Shown here piece by piece: positions 26,822 through 32,000 of a stretch of DNA of 32,000 nt. The position numbers were made by a program, and so were the translations under genes. Origin of the DNA: Vulcanisaeta distributa DSM 14429 (GTDB taxonomy: Archaea > Thermoproteota > Thermoprotei > Thermoproteales > Thermocladiaceae). Location of the stretch: the NCBI RefSeq assembly GCF_000148385.1, contig NC_014537.1, forward strand, positions 1,920,001 through 1,952,000, given 5' to 3'. Positions within the stretch are counted from its first letter, which is position 1. Each line of letters starts with the position of its first letter. The notes below the pieces were generated by a model that saw only the letters and a program-made list of their open reading frames with translations, had not been told where the DNA came from and ran no database searches.

Positions 26822-27347
26822 GAAGATTTCAATAGAATATTGAAAGAAGTACTGGAATGTACCAATTAGGTTTGGCGCTGTGAATTGTAGGTTAAATGTC
26901 GATGGAGGATTTCAATAGAATATTGAAAGTATGTATTCATCCGTCGTTATCAACCTTCGCATGATTGCAGACCGAAGATTTCAATAGAATATTGAAAGTG
27001 CACAAATAAATTAATTGGGAGCCCAGTCACGAAGTTCCTACCAATGAAGATTTCAATAGAATATTGAAAGTTCCATGGCTTCTTCCATGAATAGCCAAAG
27101 CTCATTAATTGGAAGATTTCAATAGAATATTGAAAGCTCCTTCTTCATCCTCAACGTCCTGTCCCACACGTATATTGCGTCCCTGAAGATTTCAATAGAA
27201 TATTGAAAGATTACATATTAATATGCGTCGTGCCTCGTACATTAAATTTATGAGAAGATTTCAATAGAATATTGAAAGTCCAGTGTAGCGCTTGCCCTGT
27301 TAACTGGCACTGGAACGCCTAAGAAGAATTCAATAGAATATTGAAAG
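26822..27347 (+). CRISPR. CRISPR array, 8 repeats of 25 nt, 7 spacers
   Basis: The repeat is GAAGATTTCAATAGAATATTGAAAG, starting at 26822, 26905, 26974, 27046, 27112, 27185, 27254 and 27323. Spacer lengths are 58, 44, 47, 41, 48, 44 and 44 nt. R2 has A3G. The last repeat has T6A (a degenerate trailer repeat). The 3' ATTGAAAG (crenarchaeal Cas6 5'-tag) sets transcription on the + strand with the leader to the left. Confidence 0.95.
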
Positions 27348-27463
27348 AAAGACCTTAATCATGAAGTTATAGTGAAAGTCTGGGTGTAACCTTCGGTCGT
27401 CCCGGGGTTTATTAGGTAGCAAAGACTTATCAACTATTGGGTATTTACTTTACTTTGTGAGAT

Positions 27464-27933
27464 ATGTCATTGGTGCTGTCACCAACCATTACGGAATTCC
27501 TTAGGAAGTTGGCTGGTGATAGGGATGTTGAGGAGTTCATAGCTGAATTAATCGCTGAACGATTAGACCCTCCGCGCAGAATTGAACTGTACTTAAAACT
27601 TCATGGAGACTACCTTAGGGCCGCCGAGGAGCTTTATGCCAAGGGCGACCTGGCGCAGGCTAGTGAGAAGTACTGGGGCGCCGTGACGGCACTACTCAAT
27701 GTCATCGCCGAGATGAGGGTTGGGGACACTACATCCATAGGGACTATGATGAGATAATTGATGGGTTGTATGAGGAGATTGGCGATAGGTCTATCATCCT
27801 TAACTTCAGCGTTGCCGAGAGGTTGCATGCCAATTTTTACCATAACTTCATGGACAGGAAAGCATTTGAAGCCCATAGACAGGTGGTTTTGGGATTAATA
27901 GAGAAACTGAAAGAATTAATAAGAACAAAATGA
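27464..27933 (+). pseudogene. PaREP1-family protein, disrupted by a 1-nt frameshift
   Basis: Frame A (27464-27757) reads ...AEELYAKGDLAQASEKYWGAVTALLNVIAEMR and then becomes junk. Frame B (open from 27667 to the stop at 27931-27933) continues GWGHYIHRDYDEIIDGLYEEIGDRSIILNFSVAERLHANFYHNFMDRKAFEAH.... The switch is at the G-run at 27717-27724. One extra G would restore a ~156-aa ORF. Confidence 0.7.
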
Positions 27934-28014
27934 ACAGTTATTCAATGATCAGTAATGAACTTGCATCATTAGGGTAGGAATCAATACGCTTTTTAATTCC
28001 CCCTTTATGCACCT

Positions 28015-28383
28015 TCACTGTCTTGGGATGAGCTCCCTAATCTCATCAATTATTTCCCTAACCTTATCCAGCTTCCTCCTAACGAAATCCTCATCGTACA
28101 ATCCATCATAGAAGCAATCAATATGAAGAAACTTCTCCTTAGCCGCATATCTATCTCTCAGGTAATCCAAACCAAGCCTACTCAGTGTATCCCTCCTCTC
28201 CCTATAAGTCCTGGCATCAATACCCCTAGCCCTAAGCAGTGCCTCAACGGCCTTACTAACGGCTAGCCACCCCTTCTCGGCCGTATCTCTAAGTAGTATT
28301 GGGTCCCCTGACTTGGCATACTCATTCAATTCAGCAACGGCTGTCTCCAGCGCTCTGATGGCATCATTTAATGATTTACTCAT
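28015..28383 (-). CDS. PaREP1-like helical protein
   Basis: It is 122 aa and shows the same pattern as its neighbour: KSGDPILLRDTAEKGWLAVSKAVEALLRARGI...FLHIDCFYDGLY. Compare KGDLAQASEKYWGAVTALL...LHANFYHNFM. Confidence 0.55.
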   Translation of the reverse strand: MSKSLNDAIRALETAVAELNEYAKSGDPILLRDTAEKGWLAVSKAVEALLRARGIDARTYRERRDTLSRLGLDYLRDRYAAKEKFLHIDCFYDGLYDEDFVRRKLDKVREIIDEIRELIPRQ

Positions 28384-28614
28384 AACATGCCAAAGGCGGT
28401 AATGATTAATTTAAGCATTTATGTTCAAGTATGCCTTCGTTTATTAATCTAATGGCATCCTCCTTATGGTCGTCAAAGGAGGTTTTGTTTAGAAAGTTAT
28501 GGTGAAAGGAATGTAAGGTCTTAACACTGACTAAAGAATTGAAGTTTGTTAAATTTAGATTTTGTATAAAACTGAAAAATATTTAGTTATTTTAAATTTA
28601 AAGTGTTCGTGGTG

Positions 28615-29022
28615 CTACGCCGCTGGTATAGACACCATACCCAGCATGGCTAGTACGAGTAAAATCAATATTATAAGTGATATAATCGATTGCAGTAATA
28701 GTCTCCTCCTGAAGAGCCAGATCGTGGCTGGTATCAGTCCTGCAATCACGGCAAAACCTACAATGGCAATGGCGGTCCTTTCTGCAACAATAAGTGTTTT
28801 GGGCGCCCCAATATAGCACGTCTTCATGGCAGCTACCTTAGCCCCTGAGACTAATTTATTAAGCTGGCAAGTCACGGCATTAGTATTCGTTAATGTGAGG
28901 GCTATGAAGACCCCAGTAAGGGCTATTATCCCTATGATCGCTAACCAATAGGCGGTTATTCCATAGGACTTAGCCTCTGGTGGTGCCTCAGTGGACCTAT
29001 GTATTTTATACATGAGCATCAT
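28615..29022 (-). CDS. small 3-TM membrane protein with C-x16-C loop (cassette copy 1)
   Basis: The preferred start is the ATG at 29022, which overlaps the upstream gene's stop (ATGA). The ORF-track start at 29103 would lie inside the upstream gene. It is a paralog of 31083-31505. Confidence 0.6.
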   Translation of the reverse strand: MMLMYKIHRSTEAPPEAKSYGITAYWLAIIGIIALTGVFIALTLTNTNAVTCQLNKLVSGAKVAAMKTCYIGAPKTLIVAERTAIAIVGFAVIAGLIPATIWLFRRRLLLQSIISLIILILLVLAMLGMVSIPAA

Positions 29023-29969
29023 GCCGACCACCCCATGAGAATGGGTATTGATTGTTGAAACAGTCTTGCACTTGTTACCAACATGACTGCGATTATTACC
29101 CACCTAATAATCGGTATCTTAGCCTTGGGCATGACCCTAACCCCTATTTCTGTACCTAGAACCATGCCGACAACACAAGGAACTAGGAATGGAAATACCA
29201 AGGCCCCACTATTAATATACACCCATAAAGCGCCCGTATCACCAATCGCTATCAATACTTTACTTGTTGCTGCGGCAACCTTTAAAGGCAGGTACATCAC
29301 TAAGTTGTATACTGGTACAATGGCCCAACCAGCCCCGACACCGAACATGCCTGACACCAAGCCTACACCTATGAAGCATAGTAATCCCCACACGGTATTA
29401 GCGGCTCTGTACGTTATTACGGTCTTTAATGATTCTTCGTAATATCGAGCATTTACTAATTGAAAGATTTCTGCTATTTTATCATTTTTATTAGTAGGAT
29501 TAGGAATATCCACCTGCTTTCCCTTCCATAGGAATAAGCCAATAATGAATAACATTAGGATTGCTAAACCAAGTCTAATCACGGCGGCTCCTACATTGCC
29601 AAAGGACCTTGTGATTTCAAGACCTAATACTGCACCGACTATTGCGGATATCGTGTATGGTATCGCCGTAAGAATTATAGCGTTAAAATTAGCAAGTCCC
29701 TTACCCAAGTATTGTCTTGACGCGATTAAAGAACCAACAGTAGCTATTGCAAGTCCTGTCGTTCTTATAACATCCGTATTAATAGATGTGAATGCCATCA
29801 TTATTGGTGTGAATATCACCGCACCACCAACACCAGTTAGGGCAGCTAGAAAACCTATAATAATACATATGCCAAACATTATAATACAGAGCATGATGAA
29901 ATTCCACTGCATAACAGATGCCCCTATGTAAAGTAAAGTCCCAATGAGCAACGGATATATGCTTAACAT
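29019..29969 (-). CDS. TauE/SafE (DUF81) family membrane transporter (cassette copy 1)
   Basis: It is 316 aa with ~8 TM helices and an internally repeated 4-TM architecture carrying G-rich helices (LTGVGGAVIFTP..., GLVSGMFGVGAGWAIVP...). Confidence 0.8.
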   Translation of the reverse strand: MLSIYPLLIGTLLYIGASVMQWNFIMLCIIMFGICIIIGFLAALTGVGGAVIFTPIMMAFTSINTDVIRTTGLAIATVGSLIASRQYLGKGLANFNAIILTAIPYTISAIVGAVLGLEITRSFGNVGAAVIRLGLAILMLFIIGLFLWKGKQVDIPNPTNKNDKIAEIFQLVNARYYEESLKTVITYRAANTVWGLLCFIGVGLVSGMFGVGAGWAIVPVYNLVMYLPLKVAAATSKVLIAIGDTGALWVYINSGALVFPFLVPCVVGMVLGTEIGVRVMPKAKIPIIRWVIIAVMLVTSARLFQQSIPILMGWSA

Positions 29970-30129
29970 AATTCCATCACCTAGCCAATTACGTTACGTA
30001 TCACCTTATAAACTTTATTCTATATGATGTTCGTAAAATAAGATATCTTTATTAATATATTATCAATATTATAGAATAAAATTCTAGAAAGAACAATAGA
30101 ACAGTTCTTATATATTTACAGGAATCCAC

Positions 30130-31029
30130 TCATTTAGTTGAGTTAGTAATTATGAATACCATATTGTAGGATTTAATAACTGTACTTACTCCATTAATAT
30201 ATTCACCTGTCCAATAACCCGCGTGCATCCACTGTAAATTACTCGGTGCGGCCCATGAGTTTCCTTTTAATAGCCATAACGACAATGTTGCATTTAAATA
30301 GTCAAACTGAACACCCTGATAATTACTTATGCCTACCAGCGTCACGTCAGCAAGCCCGAATCTTTTCATATAAACCTTTATCGTAGAAATTTCAGTATTA
30401 TTAAAGTAAAGAGTTAATGTTTCATTGCTTGGTAAATAAATTATGGTTAATGTGCCACACATTGGATAGCGCAGCTCCTGCCTTACACTAACTTCATTAC
30501 ATGTTATCGTTCCATTGAACTTTAACACACACCATAGAGGCTCTACTACATTCTCATTGTTATAAGAGGTGATGAGAAGTACATCTTGCACCCAATACCA
30601 ACTTCCATTCATCGCCTTAAGCCAAGCATTTAACTGTATACTATAACCGGGTATTAAGGCTAAGCCTTTGCTTTTATGATCATTGTAATTATTTGTTATG
30701 GGGGATAACGGAATTCCCAAGGCTGGCTCGGCCTTATAAACACAAAAGTATGCCTTAATACCCGTATAATTTGTACCACGCGGTATTATCACCCCAACCC
30801 CAGGATTCGTTGGGTTAGTTTTATTGATTGCGATCCACGTAATTGATCCATTAATATATTCTACAATACATAAACCACTTTGGCAATAATACTGAATTAA
30901 GCTGAAGTTATTAATATATTTAATGAAATTAATGTTGTTTCTTAAATACGCTACAAGCAAATTAGGGCCTATGAATAGCACGATGAATATCAAAGCTAAT
31001 CCTAAAATTAATAATAGTGAGGACTGCAT
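30130..31029 (-). CDS. secreted/anchored protein with thermopsin-like (peptidase A5) core motif, tentative
   Basis: It has an N-terminal signal/anchor (LLLILGLALIFIVLFIG) and many N-x-S/T sequons. YSIQLNAWLKAMNGSWYWVQDV resembles the thermopsin motif as I recall it (..LQFNIVL.....YWLQDV). Confidence 0.45.
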   Translation of the reverse strand: MQSSLLLILGLALIFIVLFIGPNLLVAYLRNNINFIKYINNFSLIQYYCQSGLCIVEYINGSITWIAINKTNPTNPGVGVIIPRGTNYTGIKAYFCVYKAEPALGIPLSPITNNYNDHKSKGLALIPGYSIQLNAWLKAMNGSWYWVQDVLLITSYNNENVVEPLWCVLKFNGTITCNEVSVRQELRYPMCGTLTIIYLPSNETLTLYFNNTEISTIKVYMKRFGLADVTLVGISNYQGVQFDYLNATLSLWLLKGNSWAAPSNLQWMHAGYWTGEYINGVSTVIKSYNMVFIITNSTK

Positions 31030-31082
31030 TACTAACTATAATATTTAAAAAGTACTATATAAATTTATATTTAGTTTCAGAC

Positions 31083-31505
31083 TCACATACTAATCGATAT
31101 TAATCCAAGCGCTGATAGTATTAATACTATCATTATCAATGATGCGATTAGCGCAAAGTTCGTTTTTCTTCCTGTATACAGCATTATAACGGTCGCGAGA
31201 ATCCCCATTATGGCCGCTATGCCAAAGAGTAAAAATCCAATGTCTTGAAGTATAATTGCGTATGAACTATTCTGTGCATGGGATATTATATTCATTATCC
31301 TAATACCATTCTGCATACATAATTGTATAACATTTGGCGCCTCACCGCTTAACATCCTATTTATTATACAGACCGTGCTTCCGTAATATTTCGTTACTGT
31401 CAATAAAAGACCCATGAAGGCTATTATGACACCCACAATTGCTATCCAAAAGGCAATTTTACCGTAAGTCCTTGACACAGCAGATAATACTTTATCTGAC
31501 GCCAT
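31083..31505 (-). CDS. small 3-TM membrane protein with C-x16-C loop (cassette copy 2)
   Basis: It is 140 aa and starts 1 nt after the upstream permease stop. It aligns with 28615-29022: YGKIAFWIAIVGVIIA vs YGITAYWLAIIGIIA, and CIINRMLSGEAPNVIQLC vs CQLNKLVSGAKVAAMKTC. Confidence 0.6.
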   Translation of the reverse strand: MASDKVLSAVSRTYGKIAFWIAIVGVIIAFMGLLLTVTKYYGSTVCIINRMLSGEAPNVIQLCMQNGIRIMNIISHAQNSSYAIILQDIGFLLFGIAAIMGILATVIMLYTGRKTNFALIASLIMIVLILSALGLISISM

Positions 31506-31506
31506 A

Positions 31507-32000
31507 TTACATCACCCCCATTATTACGGGCAGGGCCTGTTGAATAAGCCTGGCACTTGCTAAGAGCATTGCGAGGATTACAAACCACCTAATTACTTTG
31601 GCCCTTAATTTTGGCATTAACCTTGAGCCTATCTGCGCCCCTATCATACAACCAAGGAGACAGGGTATTACGAATATGGGTATCATCGCCCCATTATTTA
31701 TGTAAACCCACATGGCGGCTGTATCACCTATGCCTATCACTACTAAGCTGGTGGCTGTAGCTACCTTAAGTGGTACGTACATTAATAAATTATATACTGG
31801 TACTATAGCCCAACCAGCGCCCAAACCAAACATACCAGAGACGAGGCCAATCCCCATAAAGCATAGTAACCCCCACATGGTGTTTATGACTCTGTATTCT
31901 ACTGTACGGCCTAATGAAATTTCATAATAGCTGGAATTAAGTTCAAATGCATTGGCTAATTTATCATACTTATCTTCCGGCGGTATGGGGTATTCCGTTC
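31507..32000 (-). CDS. TauE/SafE (DUF81) family membrane transporter (cassette copy 2), 5' end beyond window
   Basis: The frame stays open upstream of the ATG at 31878 to the window edge. It reads ...DKLANAFELNSSYYEISLGRTVEYRVINTMWGLLCF, collinear with copy 1 (...DKIAEIFQLVNARYYEESLKTVITYRAANTVWGLLCF). Confidence 0.8.
   Translation of the reverse strand, partial: TEYPIPPEDKYDKLANAFELNSSYYEISLGRTVEYRVINTMWGLLCFMGIGLVSGMFGLGAGWAIVPVYNLLMYVPLKVATATSLVVIGIGDTAAMWVYINNGAMIPIFVIPCLLGCMIGAQIGSRLMPKLRAKVIRWFVILAMLLASARLIQQALPVIMGVM

Noticed and set aside
27348-27378. A possible degenerate ninth CRISPR repeat (GAAGTTATAGTGAAAG) just after repeat 8.
   Set aside because: It lies only 15 nt after repeat 8, is 9 nt shorter than the repeat and has few matching positions. 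It is more likely chance similarity in the trailer.
27934-28014. A C/D-box-like half motif on the minus strand (AATGATGC, 10 nt, CTGA).
   Set aside because: There is no C'/D' pair, the C box is imperfect and the spacer is too short. The AATGA/TCATT inverted repeat in a convergent intergenic region is better explained as a terminator-type hairpin.
23172-28400. An att-site direct repeat of the tRNA-Arg 3' half, which would define an integrated element.
   Set aside because: I scanned for TTCAAATCC, GGGTTCAAAT and CACCGGGGCC downstream and found no second copy in the window. No integrase-like ORF reads through the tRNA on either strand.

Overview
This is an archaeal chromosomal window, probably from a crenarchaeon related to Thermoproteales. 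The taxon is my inference from four things: e-type ribosomal proteins, PCNA/PriS/GINS/AglB and PaREP1 genes, a CRISPR repeat ending ATTGAAAG, and TATA boxes about 25-30 nt upstream of start codons, which implies leaderless genes. All calls come from reading motifs by eye; no database search was possible.

nt 1-23,250 is dense, conserved housekeeping. It holds an M20 peptidase, a THUMP-SPOUT RNA methyltransferase, and the L15e / COG1325 / RNase P Rpp30 / Pop5 block. It also holds a C/D box sRNA, a flavin reductase, and a 5-gene Opp/Dpp-type ABC importer with an 893-aa membrane-anchored binding protein. Next come L39e (absent from the ORF track), a PDCD5-like protein and S19e, then a DUF1028 gene broken by an internal ~90-bp inversion. 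The block ends with TFS, PCNA, PriS, a GINS-like protein, L44e, S27e, aIF2-alpha, Nop10, AglB, an aldose epimerase and tRNA-Arg(TCT).

nt 23,250-28,400 begins right after the tRNA and looks accessory and partly decayed. It contains orphan hypothetical genes, ~1.07 kb with no ORF, an 8-repeat CRISPR array with no cas genes in view, and two convergent PaREP1-family genes, one of them frameshifted.

nt 28,600-32,000 carries a tandemly duplicated two-gene membrane cassette (TauE/SafE-type permease plus a 3-TM Cys-pair protein) flanking a thermopsin-like secreted protein.

The most notable items are the intragenic inversion, the duplicated membrane cassette, and the cas-less mini-array in a tRNA-flanked stretch.
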